A stretch of DNA of 64,000 bases from the NCBI GenBank assembly GCA_050575255.1, contig JBNZDD010013732.1, positions 12,168,172 through 12,232,171 on the forward strand, read 5' to 3'. This DNA is from Harriotta raleighana (taxonomy: Eukaryota). Both the position numbers and the translations under genes were made by a program. The notes beneath the pieces were generated by a model. The model was not told the origin of the DNA. It was given only the letters and a program-made list of their open reading frames with translations, and ran no database searches. Positions 50,053-62,755 of the stretch are shown piece after piece; positions within the stretch are counted from its first letter, which is position 1, and each line of letters opens with the position of its first letter.

Positions 50053-50418
50053 CAGTAAAACCTCATTTATCCGGCACCCACGGGACCTGGCCAGTGGCTG
50101 TTAAACATTTTTTCCAGTTGAACGGATTTAGAAAATTTGTTTTTATTAAATATAATTTCTATCAAAAAAGTTTGAAATTATTTTAACACATACCATATTA
50201 ATAATAGACTAAATAATAACAGAATATTCTATTAGTACATTATTATTTATACTTAACTTTGCAATTGCAGCACTGATTCGACGGGAGGTAAAAANACATT
50301 TTTTCCGGTTGAACGGATTTTACAATTTTTTTAATTAAATATAATTTCTATCAAAAACAGTTTGAAATTATTTTAACACATACCATATTAATAATAGACT
50401 AAATAATANACACAGATG

Positions 50419-50454
<36 letters not shown>

Positions 50455-51075
50455 GTCACAGACCCTCAAAGATATTCAGTCTGAATCCATCATATAAATT
50501 CTGTTCCCCCCCGTCCCTTTCCTCTCTCTCTCTCCCTTTCCCCATATTTCATTCCCCATCCCCGCTCTCTTTCTCTCCATTCCAGCCCCCTCCCTCCCTC
50601 TCTCTCTCCGTTTTCTCCCCTCCCTTTCCCCCTCTCCCCCTCTCTCTGGCCTCTACCTGCAGCAATATTTAACTTACCTTCCCAACGAAGGTACGACCAG
50701 GCNGTCCCTTTCCTCTCTCTCTCTCCCTTTCCCCATATTTCATTCCCCATCCCCGCTCTCTTTCTCTCCATTCCAGCCCCCTCCCTCCCTCTCTCTCTCC
50801 GTTTTCTCCCCTCCCTTTCCCCCTCTCCCCCTCTCTCTGGCCGCTACCTGCAGCAATATTTAACTTACCTTCCCAACGAAGGTACGACCAGGCATTCATC
50901 CATGCGAATGAGGTAAAATAAAAACCGTGAGTTTTAAAAGGACCCGGAATGAGTTTAGACCCGACATTCAACGCGTCGCCGGATAACATCCGGTTAGTCG
51001 GACTGGGACTTTTTTGAGGTGGCGGTTAAACGGGTTTTCCGATTATTCGAGTCACGGATAAACGTGGTTTTACTG
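50053..51075 (-). mobile_element. Non-autonomous Tigger-like element, same family, opposite orientation
   Basis: TA|CAGTAAAACCTCATTTATCCG ... CGGATAAACGTGGTTTTACTG|TA (21 bp, 2 mismatches). The right end is re-duplicated to ~51540 by assembly artefacts. Confidence 0.85.
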
Positions 51076-52919
51076 TATTACTCTTGCTGCCGAATTTCTT
51101 TATTTTTTGCATGAATTCTTTAAGCAAAAACTACTGGTGAAAAAATTGTGAGAACTCAGGGTGAAATTAACCCTTGTGCAAAATTTGAACTGGTTCAACT
51201 CCTTCAACTATTTGGTAATTACCCAGCATTTTNAGATAAACGTGGGTTTTACTGTATTACTCTTGCTGCCGAATTTCTTTATTTTTTGCATGAANCTAGG
51301 ACTTTTTTGAGGTGGCGGTTAAACGGGTTTTCCGATTATTCGAGTCACGGATAAACGTGGTTTTACTGTATTACTCTTGCTGCCGAATTTCTTTATTTTT
51401 TGCATGAATTCTTTAAGCAAAAACTACTGGTGAAAAAATTGTGAGAACTNATCCGGTTAGTCGGACTGGGACTTTTTTGAGGTGGCGGTTAAACGGGTTT
51501 TCCGATTATTCGAGTCACGGATAAACGTGGTTTTACTGTATTACTCTTGCTGCCGAATTTCTTTATTTTTTGCATGAATTCTTTAAGCAAAAACTACTGG
51601 TGAAAAAATTGTGAGAACTCAGGGTGAAATTAACCCTTGTGCAAAATTTGAACTGGTTCAACTCCTTCAACTATTTGGTAATTACCCAGCATTTTTGAGA
51701 ATTCTAAGGTATTCTGCTGAGGATCTCGGGGAAATTCTGTGCAGCTCTCAGGGCTCGTATACACATTTTTTTACACATCCTGCACAGGTTCAAGTAAACA
51801 CGGTAACCTTGATAATAATAATAATAATAATAATAATCCTTTCACTTCTTTCAGATGTCTTAATGCGTTTCACAGAATACACTATATTTGTGGCCTAAAC
51901 GCGACAGCCAATTACACACAGCAATGTCCCACAAACAGTTGTGGATTGAAGTGACCAATGCTTTCCTTTTTTTTCTTGAAGGATTATTATCAGGTGTGTG
52001 GAATAAGGAAACTTGCTTAAGGTTTCACTCTCAAATCAAGATTTCAATTTTACTTCAAAGCTTCAACCAGAGCTTGGTGTTTAACTCTTTCAAGCCTTGG
52101 GCTTGATTTTCTCCACACACATACACACAAACACACACACAGATTAAGGCTTTTATACTATTGATGACCCTTGCCTTTTCTATAGAATCCTAGAAGTTTA
52201 CAGCACAGAACGTTTACAGCACGTTCGACTCATCAACTCTACACCGGCTCTCAAAGGCAGGTATTTGTTCAATCCCAATGTCCCATCCTATCCCTATACC
52301 ACTTTCAAGTTTCTAATATTCCACGTACAAGTCTATGTCTCTTTTGATACCCACAATTGACTCAACTACTCTACTACTCTGCTCGGCAGGGCATATGAAG
52401 CCTTATCACATTGTCAAGAAGTCTCAAAGCTCTTCACAGAATTTTACTGTAATGTGTATTTGTGATTTTTATTGTGCAAAATGTATCAAAGTAACTACGT
52501 GTTTTATTAGGCAAACATGGCAGCCATTAACAAAAAGCAGGTCCCATAAACACAATGAGGCCAACAATCAGTTATTAATGTGTTTGACTGATGGAAACTC
52601 ACAGCGTTTCATTCCCTTTTTATTTGGTTTAATTTCCAAAACTTTGGAGTCTTGATCCCTTGTATTTTCCAAGTTCACTTATTTTTGTTCCCTCCCAGGC
52701 GTTCCATGGACATAGCTTCTCCTTTGTTGGTCTGCCAGGTGGCAAGTGTGGGAAGTGAGGGAGGGGATTCCTTCCTACGCTCCCTCCCCAAACCATCCAG
52801 CCAAGATCAGCAAATATTGCCTAAGGAAAACACAAGTCGCAATGTCATTTGAGACGGGTGCTGGAGTTGGGGATTACCTAGGTGGAAATCCATGCTGTTG
52901 TATTGCAGCTACAGGATCA

Positions 52920-53215
52920 TGTGGCGATTCTGTAGCTCAGTGGTTAGAGCATTAGCCTTACAAGCGTGAGACCTGTATTCAAATCCAGGCAGATCAAGGC
53001 CAAACCTTGGGAAAGTTTCCTTACTCCACATGTCTAATAATATTCGCCCCCCCAAAAAAAACACAATAATAAAATTGGTCATTTTTAATCCACAAAATCT
53101 GTATTTCGCCCACAAATATAGTCGATTAACTTTACAGTATATTCTGTGAAGCGCTTTAAGACGTTGTTAAGATGTGAAAAAGCGATATCTCAAATGCAAG
53201 GATTATTTATTATTA
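52920..53215 (+). mobile_element. tRNA/Deu SINE
   Basis: Head tgtagctcagtggttagagca...ttcaaatcc and tail with (tat)n. Confidence 0.85.
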
Positions 53216-56200
53216 TATATTATATTTATAATAATCCTTGTTTGTGGGAGATTTTGTAGAATGCCATTCCTGACAGGAAAATGTCTCAAAAAAATTTCAC
53301 ATGATTTACTGTAAAATGTGTCAGTTGTTTTTGTATGTGAACAGCAAATAACCAATTTTATCTAGGGATTGTTGGCCAGGACATCGGGAGAAACTCTGCT
53401 TTCTTTTCAAATAGTGGGATGTTTAACATGCAGACGGTACTTTTGCTTTTCGATCCACCTGAAGGATACCATCTCTCACAATGCAGCATTCCCCTAGCAC
53501 TGCACTGGAATATCAGCCTGGACTGTGAATTCCAAGTCCTGGAACAGTATGTGGCATAAACCCATATCCTTCTGATAGTGGTGAAACAGCTACCAACTGA
53601 GGCAGGTTCACTTATGTAGACAAACCCTGTGTTAGCAGAGTTCTACGCAGTGTATGCATGATATGCACTGTTACTCAGATGTAGTGAAGGTGTTCAGTGG
53701 AGGAAAGGACAACTTGGGAATCAAAGTTTATCAATAATTCAAACAGCTATAAGTTTGTGTCAGTTATCATTTGAAGTGAAGAAAAATATTTTATGGCACT
53801 TTTGTTCTGGAAAAAAATGCTTTAGCGACAGTAAGCCTCTCAATTTAAAATAATGTATAATAAAGCAATAACTATAGTGCTGTAGATCTGTGTGTGCCCA
53901 ATTGTTGGCGAGTTGATCATTCACTTCATGATTGTTTGTGGGATATTGTTGTGTGAAAAATTGGCTGCTGAAAATGATAATGCAGTACAGTCACTAGACT
54001 TTCGGGTTAGGGTTAAGGTGAAGTAAATTCTGGGAGTGTTCTAAGAAGTCTTGCCAATGTGAATGCTGCTATATCAAATGCAAGGATTCTTATTGCTGAA
54101 AGTGACCACTGAGGTTGTTCAGGGCTAAAAGATCCTTATAAAGCCAGAAGGTTATTGCACATGTGGGCACCTTGCCAAACGTACCTGAACCGCAGGTTGA
54201 TAATTTCCTTTTAAACCTGGTCTCATAGCAAATTTATTACACCAGCATAGGATAACAAGCAACCCAGTGCTTTCTTACAATCCAAAAGTGCTATAGTTAC
54301 CTGAACTATCTCCCCTTGGAAACTCAGAAAAATCCGACAGTGCAGTGTACTTGGATTCATTTCTTTTATAGCCTTATATGGCAGCTTTGCATTCCAGCCG
54401 TGGAGTTTACCACCTTTCGAGAGAGCTGCCAAAATATTTGTGTGCAGAGAGGAATAATGTCAGATCTTCTGCAAGAAACCTAATCCAAAGCCCCAGATAG
54501 AGTTTCTAAAAAAGATAGATCTTGTAAGGCTGTTGAATCAAACTGGTTGCCAATCCTGCCCTTGTAGGTAAACAATGAGGTGGATTATCAGTAAATTGAT
54601 AGAAAAGTAACTGCATTACTTCACGAAAGCGCGGATGGAAAATTCATTGGCAGGGAATCAAAATAATTCCTGTCTAGCTATTATCCTTGGTGATATATTG
54701 CTGCAGGATAAATGGGAGTGAAGGTACTCAAAGGGGAGAAATGCCACCTGAGTCTAAATTTACTCTAATCTCAGTAGTATTTTACAATGTCCAGAATTTG
54801 GCAAATTCGTAATTACAGCCTTACATTTTGAAATGAGTTTCAGGAAAGTTTCTTGTAAGAACCAGCATAAAGAAAACTTCCAGGTTAAGACTAAATTCAA
54901 CAATTTCCAAATTCCACTATGAAATTTGACATAAACAAACGTAAATCTGGATCCACGTTGAATTTCTACTCATACAGTGTTGGTTTTACTATCTTCTGTT
55001 GGGCTGTATTCAGTCTCTTGATCTATCAACCTGGGTTTGAAGCCTTTCCACAAGAAAGGGAATTTATAATGATCTTACCAAAGGCTTGCTAGGACAAAAA
55101 TGCCTGTTTTTATTCTTTGGTATTTTCCTGTAACAGTTATTTATTATACTGTAAGAGACAGTTATTACTTTCCTGTCTAAACGCACGTATTTATCTTTGG
55201 GTGACTCACTGGAACTGTTTAGTTCTGGCGTTTTAACGCAGAGACTGTTGAGAAATTAATACACATTCGCATTCCTTCTATATATGACTAATACTATTTA
55301 AAGGGGCACTGCCTCAATGAAAATAAAAAATAGGCTTCCTATTCTCCTCCGAGCCCCAAACAAAATTCATGTATGTCACACAATGGCAATGATTTAAATA
55401 CATCTGAAGATGCCTCAGGACGTAAGGTGGGGCGGGGAGAATTATGTCTGGGGCACTTTGAAATACAAGGAAAGGGGGCATGATTTTGTCTGTTGACCCC
55501 TTGGGACGCAAGGGTGAGTGAGGTGGGGTATTGCGTCTGGTAAGCTTGGCTTAGTTGGTAACACTAGGCCCAGGAGTCCAAAGGTTGAGAGTTCAAACTT
55601 CACATCCATACTCGGAACTCATATAATTTAAATTGACACTCCAATGCAATGCTAGGGATTCGTTGCATTGTTGGGAGATGATGTCCCTCAGGTGAGACAT
55701 CAAACCAAGGCCAATATTCAATTAAAATTGGCCATTCACTATGTGCCTATTTGTGGGTAATTGCAATGAGCAAATTAGCTGGCACATTTGCCCACAAAAT
55801 AAGCAACAATAAGTTGCATTTATATTGCGCCTTTAAGATCGGGAGGATGTCCGAGCTCCTCCACTCCAAGTAGTCACTCCACTTTGAGTAAAAATCCCCT
55901 GAAGTGAAGCATCTGTGATGTCCCTTGGATGTCTTTTCCTTTTCGATTGTGCCTTCCGATGCCCTCCTACCTCTCTGCCTCCCCCAACATCCCGCCATCA
56001 CCCCATCCCGAGGTGAACTGTGCTTTCCATATTACAATGGCTTAAAGAGAAGCTTTGCCATCACAATCTCAGGATAGCTTACAAACAAAATCTTCCACAA
56101 AATTCAGTAGATGGTTGGCCTCTCAAATGAGGAAACTTTAAAGTTACGCTGGGAAACATCTAAGGGGGAGAAATTTACCTGTTTTAGATTTACTCCATAT

Positions 56201-56945
56201 ACGTAGCATTTCAAAGCATCCCAAATTTGGCACATTCTTCAACTCAGTCTTAATTTAAGTCATATTTCTGTAATAAAACACTCCAAAAAAATGGACACCA
56301 CTTAGCTGTTTCCAGTCAGGTGCCTGCTTGGAAGCTGGCAACCACTTTCACAAGCATTTGTCGATGTTGACCAGACCCCGGAGGCCCTCTACGCCTACAA
56401 ACTTTGTAAGCCAGCTGGTCGGTGGTGAAATACATTATCCACAGCATAACAAGGTAGGCTTTCAGCCTCTCGGCTGCCATTCTCTGAAAGTCCATCCCTG
56501 TGTCCTTCCAGTTCACTCCCTCCCCTTCTTCAAGGTCCATTTCAAGGCATAACTCTTTACCATACATTTAGTCATCTCTCTCCTCCCGCTCTCCTTTGCC
56601 TCCTGTTCCCAGCTCAGGTACCAAGTAAAGATTATCCAACACTGAGGATGTCCTCTTGACCTGAAGGGCACTACATAACTGTAATCTGTACTGTACATGT
56701 ATCGACACACACTATGATGAAGTAACTGTAATAAGGTCTGGTTGTATTCTGTGTCTGAATTCCCGTGACGCCTAATAGAAACGCACACATTCAAATTAAT
56801 CAGCGTTACTTTGGGAACAACAGAGATTTAATTTTTTTTATTTTTAAGCACTGCAAAGTTACAGTTTTTAAAGTTAAGGTTGTTTCGGAGTATCAAATGG
56901 ATACATCATTAAGGGATGGCACTTTCGTGATTCACATTTCAAACG

Positions 56946-57039
56946 TTTATTTTCAGAGCATACCAACACCATTTAAGTACAAAATGTGAATATTAAATAG
57001 CACAGGATTTTCTACTGTAATAAGGTGTACGTGTTTATT
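56946..57039 (-). promoter_or_regulatory. Candidate TES polyadenylation signals (AATAAA at 57034-57039 and 56946-56951)
   Basis: Two minus-strand AATAAA hexamers about 165 and 255 nt after the stop, in an AT-rich 3'UTR. Usage cannot be verified from sequence. Confidence 0.4.
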
Positions 57040-57203
57040 ATTATGCAACACCATGAAGCAAAAACCTTGTTCATTTTCGCATCTCCTCATCTGCGTATCA
57101 AAAGAACATTTCCTCTTCATTCCACAACAATTCAACACCAGGCTCCAACTGGACACTGGAAGGAATGCAATCTTTTACATTTGCTGCGGGTCGCAGGGAT
57201 CAT

Positions 57204-57395
57204 TTAAGATGTCAGCTTCTTCTTGCAGTCCACCGAACAGAAAACCATCCCTTCCACTGGCATGAACTTCTGGCTGACCAGGCACTTGCTGCAGCAGGAG
57301 CAGAGGAAACACTCAGCGGACGCATGCCAGTTGTAAGTGCCATATGAGACCCGCTGTGCCTCTGGATCGATAGTGTTGTGACAACCTTGGCACAC
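57204..57395 (-). CDS. TES: Testin last coding exon (LIM3) with stop
   Basis: Translates [63 protein letters not shown]. Acceptor tgtctgcag|GTG, TAA stop. Upstream PET-domain exons lie beyond base 64000. Confidence 0.96.
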   Translation of the reverse strand: MCQGCHNTIDPEAQRVSYGTYNWHASAECFLCSCCSKCLVSQKFMPVEGMVFCSVDCKKKLTS

Positions 57396-58301
57396 CTGCA
57401 GACAAGAGATTGAACAGCTTTCAGTTTAGCCTCTCTCAAAAATGGGTATCAGTAGTAACAACTGATTTGGCTTTTAGCCAAGCTAAATCTACAATAATAA
57501 TCCTTGCATTTGTTATAACGCCTTATCACATCACTGAAACACCTCAAAACCAAAGTCCTGTTTGCCTGTTCAAGTGCACAATAAGATCTCGTGTTTCTCC
57601 CTTGTCTTCTTGAACAATGTCCAACTCCATTTCTGGCCACGAATCGCTCACATAAAATTGGCCATTCATTCGAAGGCTGTTATGGGACGTTGTTGTGCCC
57701 AATTTGCCTGCTGCATTTGCTTACAAAATACAGTCAGTATACTTTACNTTGTGCCCAATTTGCCTGCTGCATTTGCTTACAAAATAGTCAGTATACTTTA
57801 CAGTAAATCATGTAAAGCATTTTGAGATGTTCTCCTGCCATGAAATGGAACAGTGCAAGGATTATTCTTATCAATATGAATAAATGGTGAATAATAACTC
57901 GAGAGTGAGGCAGTCTTGTGGCTTCACATTGAAAGCTCCAACACTCCTCGCCCGCGCGGCCACCCCTGCTAACTCTCCCCATTTAAGTAAAATATAAGTA
58001 GTATATTGCCAAATGGCTGTTTGGTTACAACAAGTTTGGATTGGTTTCAACACCCCCTCTTTTACTATATAAAACATAAGTACTTTAAGTTCTACATGTC
58101 TAATTCACTGGGGACAGTCAACGAATCCATTGACATAAATAGTTACGGCAGCTGCATTTTTAGTAAAGGATAGGATGATATTCCCTCTCTAAGAATAAAT
58201 AAAAGCCCAAGGGTGGGATGAAACTGCCAAATCCAAATGAACATTTTCAGCTTTGTAACCTCCCAGTCGGGGACGTAAGATGTTCTGGCCAGATACATTA
58301 C

Positions 58302-58460
58302 CGCAGCGTGAAGCTTCACATAGCATGGTTTGCAGACTGGTTTCTCGTTCACCATCACATAAATCTCCCCGGCGAGGACACAATCGCATTCAAAACAGCA
58401 GAAGTGCTTCAGATGCCAGTTTTGATTCTCAGCTTGGGTGTATTCATTACTAAATATCAA
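58302..58460 (-). CDS. TES: Testin internal exon (LIM2), 159 nt
   Basis: Translates [53 protein letters not shown]. Acceptor ccccag|TTG, donor GCG|gtaatg, in frame with both neighbouring exons. Confidence 0.96.
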
Positions 58461-59239
58461 CTGGGGAGAAGAGGCAATCATCAGGGATATCTATGAGCTT
58501 CCAGAAGTCAGACTTAAACACAATATATAAACACAAACTTTTGTCAGTGTTTCAAGTTAAAAACACAGTGGTGAAAACACAGCTGTTCAGATGCAACCAG
58601 CAGCATAATATTACTGAATGCAAGTAATACAGTAGTGCAATATTAATTATTTTGGAGGTCAGTCAGGTCTTAACACATGCAAGAACCCTTCTCCACTGTT
58701 AAAAAAGTATCTAAAGCAGGCAGAGTTGCACATATGTTTGCCACCCATACGTGGAATCTCTGGGATGGAATTATGTACTCTCCCTGGAGGGACCCAAGAC
58801 CCAGAGCGTGTGCTGGGATAACTGCTGGAGTTAATCAGCTAAAACTGCACAGCTTGTCATTGAATCTACTACACTGTAATCACCATGAAGATATACTATC
58901 AAGACTATTACCTGCTAGAATTAAGTAAGCAGAGTGAGTCCCTCTATTCTAAATGCAGGGAAATTGTGAAGGTGGTAATAATAATAATACTTTAATTTAT
59001 ATAGTGCTTTCCACATCTTATCGACATCCCAAAGCTGGTAAACATGGAACTCAGTTTCGATTCGATACTCTCAAGCTTAATGATGTGGTTCCATGTGCAT
59101 TAAACAAGCATCCGATCTCCCCGCATCTCCCCAGCAAAAATGAAGTTGACAACTATTTTCAAGAGTAAATCCTGCAGCATGTAATAATCCAGTGAGCCTA
59201 CAGGCAAGGTTTTGTCGATAACTTAAAGCTTTTGCCTAC

Positions 59240-59455
59240 CTCGTCGCAGCCGGCACAACGTGGCTTCTCGCTATCACAGTAGTGACGGCCGCAGTACAGC
59301 TTGCCTTTCTTCCAAAAGTAGATCATGTCCACAAGCAGCTCATTGCAGACGCAGCAGATGAAACATGAGGGATGCCACAGCTTGTCGTAGCCAGCACGCT
59401 CCGCATACACGGCCGGGTCCCCCTCCTTCATGGTCAGCTTGCACCGAAAGCAGGC
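59240..59455 (-). CDS. TES: Testin internal exon (LIM1 and start of LIM2), 216 nt
   Basis: Translates [72 protein letters not shown]. Acceptor ttttctcag|GCC, donor GAG|gtaggc, phase 0/0. Matches the testin LIM1 region. Confidence 0.96.
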
Positions 59456-62386
59456 CTGAGAAAGCACACGCAAACAAATCATTGTATATTTGTGGGCAAA
59501 ACGCGGCAGCCAACCACACACAGCAGCCAACTGCGCACAGCAGTGTCCCACAAGCAGTCATGGATTGAACTGACCAATTTCTTATAGTTTTTTTTGGACA
59601 GAGTGTTATTAGGAGTGTGGAGTACAAACCCAAGGTTTCGTTAGAACACAGGTCTCAGTAGTTAGGATATGGCATGCCTTGCTAAGAGCAAAATCCATGT
59701 TGGAAGCTAGACAGATAACTTTAAACGAGCCAGTTGCAGTGTTATGGGGTAAGGGCAGGTAAATGGGACTGAAAGGACTGCTCTTGAGAAAATAATAAGA
59801 ATAATTCTTACATTTATATAGCACTTTCCACATCTTATTGACGCCTCAAAGTGTTTAGAGCAGGGTGGGAGGGGTCAGGGGAAGGAAAGTAGGAAAATTG
59901 ACTGTATTTGTGGGTGAAATGTTGCAGCCAATTTGCGCACAGAAGTGTCCCGCACACAGTCATGGAAGTGGGGTCAGGGGAGAAAGGGGCGAAAGATGGC
60001 AAGGGGAGAGGTCGGGGTAGGGGAAAGGAGATCAGGAAAAAGCAACCATATATTTGTGGGTGAAATTGAGAAATATGAGAGGTGGCACAGACACGGGAGG
60101 CTGAATGGCCTTTTACTGTGCTGTAAATATTTACAGGTTGATGGTTCTAATCCTCATCACGTCAAATGGTCAACAAATAAAACTCATGAGTGACCCAAGA
60201 AACATGAGAAGCAGCCAATCATCTTAGATTGTAAAATTGTCATGTGCTGTTAAAAAAAAACTAAGATACAAGGTACTGTACCTTAGGATGAGACATTAAA
60301 ATCAAGCCTGTACATTTGGACATTAAAGATCCCATGGCTTTTCTCCTGGTGTTCTCACCAACAATACCCCAAATAAAATTGGTCACTCACTGCAATGCTT
60401 GTTTGCGGAACATTGCTGTGCACAACTGGCAACCTTTGCTCTCCAATCGACACCATCAAACCATTTTACTGTGAAGGGCTTTGCGAAGTGTCAACAATGT
60501 GATAAGGTGGTCCATCAAATGCAAGGATTATTATTTTATTATTACTGCCATACAGGAGAATCCTTCATCAGTCTTTGGGAGCATTCATAAAGAGCTGGTA
60601 GCTTATAGTCAGAAGTGTGTGCAAGCGAATTAGCCAAAATAATAGACTATGAAACTTATACAAGAGGGACTGGTTTAACCACAAAAAGGGAAATTCATTG
60701 AAGCAAATTTTACATAGACGAGCATCTGCTTTCAACAGAGGGAAGTCCTATACCAGCGTCAAGCCTTAGCTTTTTTTGTTCCAAGAAACTGGTGATCAAC
60801 AGTTTTAAACCAACATTCAATTATAGATTTTGACTTTGTTCCAGTGGCAAAAATTTTAAAAATTCAGCATTCTTTATCAACTGAGCATACAAAAATGCTA
60901 ATGAAATAATCATGTATTGCTTTACATTTAAACATTGAAAAAAAATTAAACCCATTAAAAACAGAGTATGGGAACTGAGCAGTTCACTATTTTTAGACGT
61001 TCTCTCAAGTGTGTTGATGATGAATTTCTTTTCCCATGTTCAAGGGCTAACTGCTAAGAAAATAATGGAAACAATGTGGTCAATGCAGATCCCAGGGCAG
61101 GCAGTTCCTGTTAAAGGAATGACCAGTTTCCATTAAAACAAAGAAAAATAAGAGGTCACAACGTTTTAGAACTCACTACTGCAATCTGTCTACTTCACCC
61201 CCTCTATCTTTAAATCCCACCTGAAAACCCCATCTCTTTGACTGTGCCTAAGATCACCTTCTCTTCCTCCTTTTTCCTTGCTCGGGATCCAACCTTGCCA
61301 CTGTGCAGCACCCCAGACTATAACGCGCGAAGGGCGTTCTATAAATGCAAATTGGTGGATTAATCAAAATAAAACATAGCTTTGGGAGGAAAAACAAACC
61401 AGAACTTGGAAAATGTGAGCAAGGGCATTCACAGGGCAAGTGAATATTTTTTTGCAAATTCTGCCAGGCTGTCACGCTTCACAGGACTCCGTAGAGCTCG
61501 GAATGTGACAAGTTGTGACAAATAAGTTCTCTACGGTGAAATTTTATAGCTTAAAAAAAACTGCAAAGGGTGGGGATAGAAAATACTTTGGGCCTTTCAT
61601 TTTCTACTCACTGAACAAATATTTCAGCTATTTCCATTTGTTGGGAGTTTAATACAATGTGTTGGAAAGCGAGTGAAGATCTCCCTCTGCTGGTTGTTGT
61701 CAGAACTATCTAAAATTGCCAGGTTCAGTGTTGAGCACTACCAGAATATGGACTTTAACAACAACAACTTGCATTTGTACAGCCCCCTCCACCCTGGGCA
61801 GTGTCTCAGAACGCGTCACAATGGCAGAGCGCGATGCCATGCCAGGGGGAGGGGGAAGGTGACTGTAAGTGCGGTCAAAGAGAAAGATCTTTAGGTGCGA
61901 CCTGAAGATGAGAAAGGAGGGGGCGAGATGAAAGGGTTGAGGGAGGGAGTTCCACTCGTGGTGTAGTGGCTGAAAACTGTGGATGTCTCCTCTTTACCGT
62001 GTAAGATCAATCTCCACATCAGCTCACAAGTAGTGGAAATTGTGGACTTGTGCCCGATCTGTCCATTGCTTTACATTTCCCCTGGAGGATTAAAGGATAC
62101 AATTCTGAATATGTAAAAAATCATAAAGCGGGACGACCACCAGCTTGTTGTAAAGCCTGCAGCTTTCCTTCAAATTCAGATTTTAAACCACAATTTCCCT
62201 ACACAAAATGTTCTAATACCAGTCTTCCGTCTCATCACATTTATTCGCGTAGGAAGCACTAGTTATAATTTGAATCTGTGGTTTGGATTCTGAAACTCCT
62301 CTCACATTTGGTTATTGCCTTATTTGTCATTATGCATTTTGGGAACACCTTCACAATGCGAAAGGCGCTATACAAATGACAATTTA

Positions 62387-62755
62387 CAGTAAAAACCCCT
62401 TTATCCATGACCCGATCAACCGAATTGCTCGACCCCCTCCCGGGGCAATTCCCCATTCCAGCAAACGGATCTCATACCGTAGCCACCCGGGACACTCAAA
62501 AGTATGCTCACTTTGCGCAAGCGTGCAATGCATGTGCAAAGGCACTTATTAAACTTGTGATCACTGGATTTTTACCGAGTGTGCTGGAATGCTTTATTGG
62601 TAAGAATCCATACAATATTCTGTTTCTATTTAGTCTATTATTAATATGGTATGTTTCAAAATAAGTACTTTTTTGTGTTGGGTTTTCGGCCACTTGCCAC
62701 CCGATTATCCGGCACAATCAATTAGTCAACCCTCCGGATAAACAGGCTTTTATTG
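62387..62755 (+). mobile_element. Short Tigger-like MITE of the same family, in a TES intron
   Basis: TA|CAGTAAAAACCCCTTTATCC ... GGATAAACAGGCTTTTATTG|TA. Shares gctttattggtaag.atccatacaatattctgtt.tatttagtctattattaatatgg with 28910-28970. Confidence 0.82.
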
